A model generated the notes under the pieces. That model made no database searches and had not been told where the DNA came from. It was given only the letters and a program-made list of their open reading frames with translations. Positions 22,574 through 33,965 of a stretch of DNA of 64,000 bases are shown piece by piece. The DNA is from an uncultured Gammaproteobacteria bacterium. Its GTDB lineage: Bacteria; Pseudomonadota; Gammaproteobacteria; UBA9214. The position numbers were made by a program, and so were the translations under genes. The stretch spans positions 32,001 to 96,000 of the forward strand of contig CAVYZN010000011.1 in NCBI GenBank assembly GCA_963773065.1, read 5' to 3'. The first letter of the stretch is position 1. Every line of letters starts with the position of its first letter.

Positions 22574-23860
22574 ATGGCCGGAACCATCCAGGCGGTGCGC
22601 GGCATGAATGATATCGGCCCGCAGCAGACCGCTTTCTGGCAGTATCTGGAAGAGACGCTGCGCCGGGTGATACATGCCTACGGCTATCGCGAGATCCGGC
22701 TGCCGCTGCTCGAAAAGACCGAGTTATTCAAGCGCTCCATCGGCGAGGTGACGGATATCGTCGAGAAGGAGATGTACACCTTCGATGACCGCAACGGCGA
22801 CAGCCTGACGCTGCGCCCGGAGGGTACTGCCGGCTGCGTGCGCGCCTGCATGGAACACGGTCTGCTGCACAATCAGGTCCAGCGACTCTGGTATGCCGGG
22901 CCGATGTTCCGGCACGAGCGTCCCCAGAAAGGGCGCTATCGCCAGTTCCATCAGTTCGGCGTCGAGGCCTTCGGGATGGAGGGCCCCGATATCGACGCGG
23001 AAATGATCTTCATGACGGCGCGGATGTGGCAGGCGTTGGGCCTGAAGGGGGCCGAACTGCAAATCAACTCGCTCGGTACGCAGTCCTCGCGTGCGGCCTA
23101 CCGGGAGGCGTTGGTCGATTATTTCCGGGGCTGCCTGTCGGACCTGGATGATGACAGCCGGCGGCGGCTCGACGGCAACCCACTGCGTATCCTCGACAGC
23201 AAGAACCCGCAGATGCAGGCGGTGATCGGCGGCGCGCCGCGGTTGCCGGATTACCTGGACGCGGGATCGCGTGCGCACTTCGACGCCCTGCGCGACCTGC
23301 TGAATGAAGCGGGCATCGACTACGCGGTCAATCCACGGCTGGTGCGGGGTCTGGACTATTACGGCAAGACCGTTTTCGAATGGGTCACCGACAGGCTGGG
23401 CGCGCAGGGCACGATCTGCGCCGGTGGCCGTTATGACGGCCTGGTGGAGTACCTCGGCGGCCGGGCGACGCCGGCCGTCGGTTTTGCGCTGGGCCTGGAA
23501 CGCCTGATCGCCCTCCTCGAAGCGCAGGGCATGGCCCCGCCGGACGGCAATCCGCATGTCTATCTCGTGCTGAGCGGCGACCAGGGCGTGCGCCGCGGCA
23601 TGGTCCTCGCCGAAGAACTGCGCCGGGCCTTGCCGGGCCTACGCCTGTTGACCAACTGCGGCGGCGGTAGTTTCAAGAGCCAGTTCCGGCGGGCGGACAA
23701 GAGCGGAGCCGGCATCGCACTGATCATCGGTGACGATGAGGCCGACCGCGGACAGGTCACGCTCAAGCGACTGCGCGGCGCGAGCGAGCAGGAGACGCTC
23801 TCCCAGGCGGATGCCGCCGGGCGTTTGGGCAAACTGCTCTGGTTCGAGCTCAATGCCTGA
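22574..23860 (+). CDS. hisS: histidyl-tRNA synthetase
   Basis: [30 protein letters not shown] and GGRYD motifs. Confidence 0.97.
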   Translation: MAGTIQAVRGMNDIGPQQTAFWQYLEETLRRVIHAYGYREIRLPLLEKTELFKRSIGEVTDIVEKEMYTFDDRNGDSLTLRPEGTAGCVRACMEHGLLHNQVQRLWYAGPMFRHERPQKGRYRQFHQFGVEAFGMEGPDIDAEMIFMTARMWQALGLKGAELQINSLGTQSSRAAYREALVDYFRGCLSDLDDDSRRRLDGNPLRILDSKNPQMQAVIGGAPRLPDYLDAGSRAHFDALRDLLNEAGIDYAVNPRLVRGLDYYGKTVFEWVTDRLGAQGTICAGGRYDGLVEYLGGRATPAVGFALGLERLIALLEAQGMAPPDGNPHVYLVLSGDQGVRRGMVLAEELRRALPGLRLLTNCGGGSFKSQFRRADKSGAGIALIIGDDEADRGQVTLKRLRGASEQETLSQADAAGRLGKLLWFELNA

Positions 23861-23898
23861 AGGCGGATTGAAGGTCACCTTGATGAATTTGAAGCGAA

Positions 23899-24058
23899 CC
23901 CGAATGATACTTACTTAAGGCAGGAGTCGGAATTTTCCGTCATTCCCGCGGTAGCGGGAATCCAGAACGTGTCATGAATCTCTGGATTCCGGCTCTCCGC
24001 TACGCTCCGTCCGGAATGACGGTTTTACCGGAGTTTCCCTTAAGTAAATACCATTCGG
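23899..24058. mobile_element. miniature inverted-repeat element with internal dRS3/RPE-like palindrome
   Basis: Termini CCGAATGATACTTACTTAAGG / CCTTAAGTAAATACCATTCGG; inner CCGTCATTCCCGCG..GCGGGAATCCAG...CTGGATTCC...GGAATGACGG. Confidence 0.65.
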
Positions 24059-24221
24059 TGATCGTCTATATCAACATACGATTGGCCACGGAAGCACACG
24101 GAAAAACACAGACTCCGTGTGTTTCCGTGGCTATTTACCAGGATTCGAACTTAAGTGCCACTTGAAGCGAACCCCTTTTTATCATCACAACAAGATTCTA
24201 AATTCATGACAGGAGACGTCG

Positions 24222-24878
24222 ATGGAAATCAATGAAACCGAAGAGCAGCAGCTTGAAACCATCAAGCGCTGGTGGAAGGAAAATGCCAGCTCGGTCATTA
24301 CCGGCCTGCTGCTCGGTCTGGCGTTGCTGTTTGGCGCCAAGTCCTGGTTCGCCTACCAGGACCGCAAGGGGGAAGAGGCATCGAATATCTACTTCACCCT
24401 GGAGAACGCGCTTGCCAAGGGTGAGGAGGGCATCGTCACCGACAGGGCGGGCATGCTGATAGGGCAATACACCAAGACGCCCTATGCCACACTCGCGGCG
24501 CTGGCGCTCGCGAAGCAGAAGCTGGAACAGGGTGAACTGCAAGCCGCCCACGCGCAGTTGCAGTGGGCGTTGGATAACGCCGGTTCCGATGTCCTCCGGC
24601 AGTTGATCCGTCTGCGTCTGGCGCGGGTCATGGTGGCCGAGGGCAACCTGGATGGCGCCGGGGCGCTGCTGGCGCAGTCTCCGCCGGAGAGCGCGTTTGC
24701 CCCGCTGTCCACTGAACTCAAGGGCGATATCCACGCGGCTCGCGGGGCTAGCGCCGAGGCCCGGGCCGAATACGAAATCGCGCTCGCCGCTTTGCCCCCG
24801 GATTCACCCGAACATCAGATGCTGCAGTTGAAATACGAAAATTCGATCGCGGCGGGCGTGTCGGGGGAGACCCCATGA
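24222..24878 (+). CDS. yfgM: YfgM family TPR membrane chaperone
   Basis: ETEEQQLETIKRWWKEN, RLRLARV and LKGDI motifs. Confidence 0.9.
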   Translation: MEINETEEQQLETIKRWWKENASSVITGLLLGLALLFGAKSWFAYQDRKGEEASNIYFTLENALAKGEEGIVTDRAGMLIGQYTKTPYATLAALALAKQKLEQGELQAAHAQLQWALDNAGSDVLRQLIRLRLARVMVAEGNLDGAGALLAQSPPESAFAPLSTELKGDIHAARGASAEARAEYEIALAALPPDSPEHQMLQLKYENSIAAGVSGETP

Positions 24879-26035
24879 CGCGATTTTTCGCCGCCTGCCT
24901 GCTGGCCGTCCCGCTGGCGGGTTGCTCCACCATATCGGGCTGGTTCTCGAGCGGTGACAATGCCGCGCCGCCGGCCAAGCTGGAGGAGATCGCGGATCCC
25001 GTTGCGCTGCATGAAGTGTGGAGCACGGATATCGGGGTCGGTTACGACAAGCAGTCCGTCAACCTGGTGCCGACGGTGCTGAGTCCGTACTTGCTGGCGG
25101 CGGATCGCGACGGCAGGGTGTTCGAGCTGAGCGCCGAAACCGGCAAAAAACTGTGGGAGACAAAGACGGATGCGCCGATATCCGCCGGCCCCGGCGCCGG
25201 CGGCGGCCTGGTCCTGGTCGGCACCAGCGATGCGCAAGTGCTGGCGCTGAGTATCGAGGATGGCTCGATCGTTTGGCGTACCCAGGTCTCAAGCGAGGTC
25301 CTGGCGGTACCCCGGGTCGACCTCGGGGTGGTGGTGATACAGACGGTGGACGGCGCCATCACCGGACTGAGCGCCGAAGATGGACATCAGCTCTGGGTCT
25401 CCGACCATTCCGTGCCGGTGCTTACCTTGCGCGGCACCAGCACCCCGGCCGTGGAACGGGGTATCGTGGTGACCGGATTAGCCAGTGGCAAGGTGGTCGC
25501 GCTCACGACGGAAAAGGGGTTACAGGTCTGGGAAACCGATATCGCGATTCCCCAGGGACGTTCGGAACTGGAGCGCCTCGTGGACGTGGATGCCGATCCG
25601 GTCATCGTCGGAAACACGGTGTATGTCGTGTCCTACCAGGGGAAGATCGCGATCATCGACCTGCAAAACGGGAATCTCGGCTGGGCACGCGACATGTCGT
25701 CCTATGTCGGTCTGGGGGTGGACTTCTCCCAGGTCTATGTCACCGATGTGGACAGCAAGGTCTGGGCGCTCTCGCGTGACAACGGCGCCTCGGTATGGAA
25801 GCAGGACAAGCTGCACAACCGCGCGCTGACGGCGCCGGAACCTTTCGGCAGCTATGTGGCGGTCGGCGACTTCGAAGGTTACCTGCACCTGCTGTCGAGC
25901 TACGACGGCCGCATCGCCGGCCGGGTCAAGGTGGACCGCAAGGGCATTGCGGCGCGTCCCATTGCCGTGGGCGATGTGCTGTATGTCTATGGCAAGGGCG
26001 GCAAGCTCGCCGCCTACACGCTCCCGGGTGCTTGA
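24875..26035 (+). CDS. bamB: outer membrane assembly lipoprotein BamB
   Basis: LAGC lipobox, PQQ-like propeller, LTLRG and [12 protein letters not shown] motifs. Confidence 0.93.
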   Translation: MTRFFAACLLAVPLAGCSTISGWFSSGDNAAPPAKLEEIADPVALHEVWSTDIGVGYDKQSVNLVPTVLSPYLLAADRDGRVFELSAETGKKLWETKTDAPISAGPGAGGGLVLVGTSDAQVLALSIEDGSIVWRTQVSSEVLAVPRVDLGVVVIQTVDGAITGLSAEDGHQLWVSDHSVPVLTLRGTSTPAVERGIVVTGLASGKVVALTTEKGLQVWETDIAIPQGRSELERLVDVDADPVIVGNTVYVVSYQGKIAIIDLQNGNLGWARDMSSYVGLGVDFSQVYVTDVDSKVWALSRDNGASVWKQDKLHNRALTAPEPFGSYVAVGDFEGYLHLLSSYDGRIAGRVKVDRKGIAARPIAVGDVLYVYGKGGKLAAYTLPGA

Positions 26036-26109
26036 TTCCACGGCCGAGGCCGGCGTTTCAGGCGGGGGTCTCCCGCCCCCGGAGCGCCATCACCCGCACC
26101 GACATCGCC

Positions 26110-27501
26110 ATGATTCCGGTCATCGCCCTGGTGGGTCGTCCCAATGTCGGCAAGTCCACCTTGTTCAATCGCCTGACCCGCACCCAGGATGCCCTGGTCG
26201 CGGCCGTGCCGGGACTGACCCGTGACCGCCAGTACGGCGATGGCAGGGTCGGCGACCGGCCGTTCATCGTCGTCGATACCGGCGGCCTGGCGGCGGGAGA
26301 TGACGAACTCGAGGGCATGATGGCGCGGCAGGCCTGGCAGGCGATCGAGGAGGCGGACCGGGTATTTTTCCTGGTCGACGCCAGAGACGGCCTGACCGGC
26401 AGTGACGAGGCCATAGCGAGGGACTTGCGGCGCAGCGGGAAACCCCTGACGCTGGTCGTCAACAAGACCGATGGCCTCGATGAGCAGTCCGCGCTGGGCG
26501 ACTTCCATGCGCTCGGTCTGGGCGAGCCGCAACCGATCTCCGCCGTTCACGGACGCGGCGTGGAGCGCCTCATGAGAACCGCGCTGGCGCAATTGCCCCT
26601 GCCCGCGGACGGCGAAAACGTAGAGGCGGAAGATGCCGCCGTGCGCGTGGCCGTCGTCGGGCGCCCCAATGCCGGCAAGTCGACCCTGATCAACCGCATG
26701 CTCGGCGAGGAACGCGTGCTCGTCTATGACCTTCCGGGCACCACGCGCGACAGCATCTTCATCCCCTTCGAACGCGACGGCGTCGCCTACACGCTGATCG
26801 ATACCGCCGGCGTGCGCCGCCGGGCGCGGGTCACGGAGGCGATCGAGAAGTTCAGCATCATCAAAACGCTGCAGGCCATCGACGCGGCCCACGTGGTTAT
26901 CCTGATGCTCGATGCCAGGGTCGGCATCGGCGAGCAGGACGCCACACTCGCCGGTTATATCGCCGAGAAGGGCAGGGCGCTGGTGCTGGCCGTCAACAAG
27001 TGGGACGGACTGGAGCCGCACGAGCGCCGGCAGATCCGGGACCAGCTCGATCGCAAGCTGCCGTTTCTCGGCTATGCCAGTGTCAAGTTCATCTCCGCCC
27101 TGCACGGCACCGGCGTCGGCGACCTCTATCCGCTGGTGCGCCGGGCGCATGACGACGCGCTGCGGGAATTGTCGACCCCGGAACTGACGGCCATCCTGGA
27201 ACGGGCGGTCTTCGAGCATCAGCCGCCTCTCGTCAGGGGACGGCGCATCAAACTGCGTTACGCGCACCAGGGGGGACGCAACCCGCCGCTCATCGTGATC
27301 CACGGCAACCAGACGGAGAGCGTGCCCGAGTCCTACCGGCGCTACCTCGTCAATACCTTCCGCGCGGCGCTGCAACTCACCGGCACGCCGATACGCATCG
27401 AATTTCGCACCGGCGGCAATCCCTACCAGGGCCGCCGCAACGTACTCACGCCCCGCCAGGTCAGCCGCAAGCGCCGCCTGATGCGGCATGTGAAGGGGTG
27501 A
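26110..27501 (+). CDS. der: ribosome biogenesis GTPase Der
   Basis: Two GRPNxGKS G-domains and the [10 protein letters not shown]-like domain. Confidence 0.97.
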   Translation: MIPVIALVGRPNVGKSTLFNRLTRTQDALVAAVPGLTRDRQYGDGRVGDRPFIVVDTGGLAAGDDELEGMMARQAWQAIEEADRVFFLVDARDGLTGSDEAIARDLRRSGKPLTLVVNKTDGLDEQSALGDFHALGLGEPQPISAVHGRGVERLMRTALAQLPLPADGENVEAEDAAVRVAVVGRPNAGKSTLINRMLGEERVLVYDLPGTTRDSIFIPFERDGVAYTLIDTAGVRRRARVTEAIEKFSIIKTLQAIDAAHVVILMLDARVGIGEQDATLAGYIAEKGRALVLAVNKWDGLEPHERRQIRDQLDRKLPFLGYASVKFISALHGTGVGDLYPLVRRAHDDALRELSTPELTAILERAVFEHQPPLVRGRRIKLRYAHQGGRNPPLIVIHGNQTESVPESYRRYLVNTFRAALQLTGTPIRIEFRTGGNPYQGRRNVLTPRQVSRKRRLMRHVKG

Positions 27502-27514
27502 CTGCGTACCCGTC

Positions 27515-30052
27515 ATGGCCGCCAAAGAAGCCAGAGCCCGCATCAAGATCAACAAACTGCTGGAAGAATCCGGCTGGCGTTTTTTCGATGACGCGGCGGG
27601 CAAGGCCAATGTGGTGCTGGAGCCTAACGTCAAATTGACCAAGGCCAGAGTCGAGGCCTTGGGCGAGAACTTCGAAACCACCAGCAACGGTTTCATCGAC
27701 TTCCTGCTCCTGGATGAGCAAGGCTACCCCCTCGTCGTGTTGGAAGCCAAGGCCGAGGACAAGAATCCGCTGGTCGCAAAGGAACAGGCCCGCAAGTACG
27801 CCAAATCCCAGAATTGCCGTTTTGTGATTCTCTCCAACGGCAACCTGCATTACTTCTGGGATTTGGAGCAGGGCAACCCGCACATCATCACTCGATTCCC
27901 CGGGCAGGATTCCATCAAGGGCTACCACCGTTTCCAGCCCAATCCGCGGCGCCTCATCACCGAACTGGTCGGCAAGGACTACATCGCCCTCACCCAGATG
28001 CCCGGATATGCCAACGAGGCGGGTTGGAAGAACGAGGCCGAACAGGCTGCGTTCATCGAGAAGAACCGCCTGCGCTTCCTGCGCGATTACCAGAAGCGGG
28101 CGGTTCAGGCGATCCAGGATGCCGTGGCCGAGAACAAGAGCCGCTTCCTGTTCGAGATGGCCACCGGCACCGGCAAGACCCTCACCGCCGCCGCCGTCAT
28201 CAAGCTGTTCCTGCGCACCGGCAACGCACGGCGGGTGTTGTTCCTGGTGGACCGACTCGAACTGGAAGACCAGGCCAACAAGGCTTTCACGCTCCTGCTC
28301 AAGAACGACTTCACCTCCGTGATCTACAAGGAACGGCGTGACGACTGGCGCAAGGCCGAGATCGTCGTTACCACGGTGCAGTCGCTTGCTGTTCAACGAG
28401 AAGTACCGACGCCTGTTTTCGCCCACGGATTTCGATCTGGTGATCTCCGACGAAGCCCACCGCTCCATCGGCGGCAACGCCCGCGCCGTGTTCGAGTATT
28501 TCGTCGGCTACAAGCTGGGACTCACCGCCACGCCAAAGGATTACCTGAAGAAGTTTGACGGCGCCAACCCCACCACCCGCGATCCTCGTGAGCTGGAGCG
28601 TCGCCTGCTGCTCGACACCTACCGCACCTTCGGCTGCGAGTCCGGCGACCCCACCTTCCGTTACTCCCTGCTGGACGGTGTGCGCGAAGGATTCCTGATC
28701 AATCCCGTTGGTGGTGGATGCCCGCACCGACATCACTACCCAATTGCTGTCGGATGAAGGCTACTCGATCATGGCCGTCACCGAGAACGAGGAAGATACC
28801 GAGCAGACCTTCTATCAGAAGGACTTCGAGAAGAAATTCTTCTCCGATCCGACCAACCGGGTCTTCTGCGAAACTTTCCTCAACAATGCTCTGCGCGACC
28901 CCATCAGCGGCGAGATCGGCAAGTCTATTGTGTTTGCCGTCAGCCAGAATCACGCCGCCAATCTCACCCAGGTCCTCAACGAACTGGCCGATCGTATGTT
29001 CCCAGGCAAATATCAGTCGGATTTCGCCGTGCAGGTAACGTCCCTGGTGCCCAAAGCCCAGCAATTCACCATCAATTTCGCCAACAACAACCTGATGGGA
29101 TCGGCCAATTTCATCGACAGCTATCGCACCAGCAAAGCACGCGTGTGCGTCACGGTCGGGATGATGACCACCGGCTACGACTGCGAAGACATTCTCAACC
29201 TGGGGTTGCTGCGGCCTATCTTCTCGCCACAGGATTTCGTTCAGATCAAGGGGCGCGGTACCCGCAAATACAACTTCATGAGGCAGCTTTTCGACCCGGC
29301 CATGAAGGAATCGGTGAAGGAACCGGAAAAGACGTGCTACAAGCTCTTCGACTTCTTCGCCAACTGCGAATACTTCGAGGAAAAGTTCAACTACGACGAG
29401 GTCATCAAGCTGCCTCGTCCGCGTACCGGCACGGGTGGAGAGGGGCCGGAGCCGCCGCACCACCGCCCATCAGCACCTACGAGAGTACGAGCCCCGACAA
29501 AATACTCAGCATGGTGGCCGAGCAGATCGGCCCGCTGGGCATGAAGATCGACCGCATGTTCTTCGAGAAATTCGAGGATAAGGTCAAGGACGATCCGACG
29601 CTCAAAGAGCAGGTCGAGACCGAGCAGTGGGACAAGGCCGCCGAATACGTGCACACCCACCTGTTCGACAAACCCGAGGAATTTTTCAATCTCGAAAAAC
29701 TCCGACGCGCCGCCGGGGTGGATCGCCGCATCACCATCCGTGAAATCCTGGAGAAGATCTTCGGCCTCATCCCCGGCTTTAAGGCCAAGGACGAATTGCT
29801 CGAAGACGAGTTCCAGAAGTTCATCCTCGACTGCAAGCCAGACGACGCCAAGCACATTCTGGCCATGAAGTACTATTTCAAGGCCTACGCCACCGACAGC
29901 CGCCTGCGCGACATCATCGAAAACAAGCGGCTCACCGAACTGAACGTCAATCCCACCTTCAGCATGGCCGACTTCAAGGCCGTGCCGGCGGAGTGGCGCG
30001 ACCGATCCCGGAGTACGTTAAGGACTATGTCTCCCTCAATCAATTCATGTAG
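27515..30052 (+). CDS. hsdR: type I restriction enzyme R subunit (4 apparent frameshifts)
   Basis: IDFLL..LEAK nuclease, MATGTGKT, DEAH, LTATP and QIKGRGTR motifs spread over frames. Confidence 0.85.
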
Positions 30053-30066
30053 AGATGTAACCCGAA

Positions 30067-32730
30067 ATGCTCGATACCGACACCAAACGCCGCATCGACA
30101 CCTGCCGCGACATCCTCGTGGGCAAGGTGCCCGACCCCAAATCCCAGGTCGAGCAGATCACCATCGCGCTCATCTACAAGTTCATGGACGACATGGACGC
30201 CGAGGCCGAGGCCCTGGGCGGGAAGCGCAGCTTCTTTACCGGCGATCACGAAAAATACGCCTGGTCCAGACTCATGGCCCCGAACATGGGCGGCTTCGAT
30301 GTGCTGAGCCTCTATTCCGAGGCCATCCAGAAGATGAACGAGAACCCGGGCGTGCCGGCCCTGTTCCGTGAAATCTTCAAGAACGCCTACCTGCCGTACC
30401 GCGACCCCGAAACCCTGCGCAGCTTCCTGAAGGAGATCAACGGCTTTACCTACGACCATTCCGAGCGCCTGGGCGATGCCTTCGAATACCTGCTCTCGGT
30501 GCTCGGCAGCCAGGGCGAGGCCGGGCAGTTCCGCACCCCGCGCCACATCATCGACTTCATGGTGGAGATCGTCGACCCGAAAAAGAGTGAGACCATTCTC
30601 GACCCGGCCTGCGGCACGGCGGGCTTTCTCATCTCCTCCTACAAACACATCCTCAAGCACAACACCTCGAAAAAGACTCCTCTCCCCTGGCGGGAGAGGG
30701 TGGGGATGAGGCCGAAGCCTACGACGAAAAGGGCGTGCCTATCGAGGCGTTGACCCTCGACAGCCCCTTGCACTACAAGGGCGACCTGCTCACGCCCGAT
30801 GACAGGAAGCGCCTCGCCGCCGGCATCCACGGTTACGACATCTCGCCGGACATGGTGCGCCTCTCGCTGGTCAACATGTACCTGCACGGCTTCACCAGCC
30901 CGCACATCGACGAATACGACACCCTCACCAGTGACGAGAAGTGGAACGAACTGGCGGACGTGATCCTCGCCAACCCGCCGTTCATGTCGCCGAAGGGCGG
31001 CATCAAGCCGCACAAGCGCTTTTCCGTGCAGGCCAAACGCTCCGAGGTACTGTTCGTCGACTACATCGCCGAGCACTTGACGCCCAATGGCCGCGCCGCC
31101 GTGGTCGTGCCCGAGGGCATCATCTTCCAGAGCGGCACCGCCTACAAGCAACTGCGCGAAATGCTGGTGAAGAATTACCTGGTGGCGGTGATTTCGCTGC
31201 CCGCCGGCGTGTTCAACCCGTACAGCGGCGTGAAGACCTCGATCCTGGTGCTGGACAAGCGCCTGTCGAAGAAGACCGACGCGATCCTGTTCGCCAAGAT
31301 CGACAACGACGGCTACAACCTCGGCGCCCAGCGCCGCCCCATCGACAAGAACGACCTGCCCGCGACAGTGCGCAATCATCAAGGCCTGGCTGTCGATTCC
31401 TGCGCAAGCGGAATCCAGAGTCTTTTGATGTCTGACCGATTCCGCAATGCTGAATGTCGTTGAAAGGGAGAGGATCGGCGAGAACGGCGAGTGGAATTTG
31501 AGTGGTGAGAGGTATCGGGAGAGTGGGACTAGCTCGACGAAATATGATTGTGTTGAACTAGGCGAAATTACACTGTGGAAGTCCACAGTACGGTTCCGGC
31601 GCGCGTAAGGTGCCATTTGATGGAAAAGTGCGTGATGTGCGAATTACCGACTTGACCATCAAAGGTGAATTAAGCCAGACGATCCAATATCACCGTCACG
31701 CATCGAGCCCGATAACTTTCTGGAACCTGACGATCTTCTCGATTGCGCGATCGGGCTCTGTCGGTCGTACATATCTTCATCACAAGTTACGCCGGCATCT
31801 ACCAATATGCAGGATACCTCATTCGATTTCGCATCGATCCAGAAAAAGCGATACCGGAATACGTATATTACGTTACTGCAAACGGGGGCGTGACGAGATT
31901 GGATTCAGAGCAATTCGCAAGAACTGGCACACTTACAGATATAAACGCGAAGCAATATTCGTGTCATTACGAATTCCCCTCCCGCCGCTGGAAGTGCAGA
32001 AGGAGATCGTGGCGGAGATCGAGGGGTATCAGAAAATCATCGATGGCGCCCGCCAGGTCGTCGAAAACTACCAGCCCCGCATCCCCATCCACCCCGACTG
32101 GCCGATAGTGGAATTGGGTGATGCATGTGACGTCAGAATGGCCTTTTGGTGGAACGCCTGAAGCAAGAAACGTCGATTCGTCATGAAACGGATATTCGGT
32201 TATGAGCAGGACGCTAAACAATTGCGAAGATAATTATTAACTGTAAGATGATTTTATCGATGAAGCCAGACGAATTCAATCGAAATGCGTAGATTCCGAC
32301 GGCAAGTATTAATGACCTATGTATGAGTGCTATTCGCACGAAGGGTAAAGTTGCGATATTGCCTGATGATGTAAGACTCTGCGATTATTAATCAGGCTGC
32401 TACTGCAATTATGATCAAAACGAAATATTTAACCTCCGGATATTTGTTAAGAATTCTGCAAGCGACAGCAAGAAGACTTAAGACAATCTGGTAGAGCCTG
32501 CTGAGGGGCTGCAAATCAGAAATGTAACCTCAGTTGGAAGTGCTGAAACAATACAAAGTTCCACTTCCCGACCTCGAAACCCAACGGACTATCGTCACCC
32601 AAATCGAAGAAGAGCAGCGCCTGGTCAACGCCAACAAAGAGCTGATCCGCCTCTTCGAAGACAAGATCAAGACCACCATCAACCGCGTGTGGGGCGAGGA
32701 CGACACCACCATTGTCAAAGGAATGACCTA
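30067..32730 (+). CDS. N6-adenine methyltransferase fused to specificity (HsdS) domains; specificity part garbled
   Basis: GQFRTP, DPACGTAGF, NPPF; NLSGERY runs directly into VELGEI; two IPLPPLEVQ / VPLPDLETQ conserved HsdS helices; 3' end approximate. Confidence 0.8.
30677..30711 (+). repeat. REP-like palindromic element inside the methyltransferase gene
   Basis: CCTCTCCC-CTGGC-GGGAGAGG hairpin followed by GTGGGGATGAGG. Confidence 0.55.
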
Positions 32731-33350
32731 TGGAAGCCAGTTTTGTTGTTTACATTCGATGAGCAACTACCAGAGCGGTAAATACCAGTTCACAGTGCTG
32801 GTTTGCCACATGCTCTACATAGCTTCGTTATTTCGCGATGCGGCAGATCAGCAAAGTTGCACCGACGTGATTTCCGAATATTGTCGGCCTGGTCGGTTGT
32901 ATCCGCAAGGACGACGAAAAACGACTTGCACGATGCCAGCTCACCGTGCCGCATTCTGAACCATCAAAGAGGCCCGGATATTCCGCTTTCTCAAGTCGAT
33001 CGACTATGAAAACGACCGTATCGTGCTAGTTCGGCATCGCCAGGTGCAGTGGCCGCGACGGATATTTGCCCACCCAACGGAACATCTTCTTCAGCGACCA
33101 GAAAAGCGCCGATCCCGAGATTGCTGGAGTCGTCGGCCAGATGGATGTGATTCAAACTCCCGCTGGAGATTGGCCCCAGGAACCGAGGATCCCACCAACC
33201 GGCTGCCACATTCGAGAAGCAGCCTCTACCTTTCCTGCGCTTCCCAGAATTCAGACATCGACAGGATTACGGGATTCGTATTGTCAATGACAGTACGATC
33301 AGCCATGGACGCACCGATTTGAGTCTGTAAAAGGAAAACGAGAAGTGAAT
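32731..33350 (+). pseudogene. garbled hypothetical gene, possibly HEPN-like
   Basis: Fragments SNYQSGKYQF, IFRFLK and AHP..IFFSDQKSAD in shifting frames; boundaries approximate. Confidence 0.3.
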
Positions 33351-33372
33351 GTGAATAACATACCGTCGGGAG

Positions 33373-33965
33373 TTACTGCGGCGGCCCGAAGATTTTCTTG
33401 AAAGCCGTATCTTTAACCTCCTGCCAACTACGCGGCAGGTCATCATTTAATCTCCAATGCCTCATAGATTTCACGTATCAATGCATTATTGATGGGTTTC
33501 GCAGTGAGCATTTTCTTTAACAGTTCGTGTCCGTGCCAGACGGCAATCTCGAAATCTTTGGCAAGTTGGTGCATGCCGAGGTCATCGGTCACGACGATGG
33601 CCGGGCGAATCTGACCGAAGGCGAGAATGGAGCAGTCGGTGGGCGATGGCGGTGAACGGCCTTGCGATGTATAGGTCGTGGCATTACCCAGAACATGCGC
33701 CCTCAATACGCTGTTTGCGGCGTTGCAGTTGCCATTTCTCCTCTTCGTTGAGTCTTACCCGCTTCGCAAAGCGTTCAGAGACAAGTTCTGGACTGTCAAA
33801 CCAGGGATAATGAAAACGAAGCCTCGGGCTTTTATGGACTTCGTCTTCTACCTTTTTCAGTATGGTGAGTACATAGCGTTTTTGTCCGAACTCCACACCC
33901 AGCATGGGCTTGATGCGCTTGGCCAACCGTAGATAGGCATTGGTGTCCAGAAGCACCAGTGTCAA
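33373..33965 (-). CDS. PIN-like domain protein (apparent frameshifts)
   Basis: VLLDTNAY N-terminus, SPTDC and VVTDD acidic PIN motifs; start overlaps the upstream gene stop. Confidence 0.7.

Noticed and set aside
25795-26109. N-terminally extended Der (568 aa)
   Set aside because: The extension overlaps bamB in another frame; the canonical start [12 protein letters not shown] is at 26110
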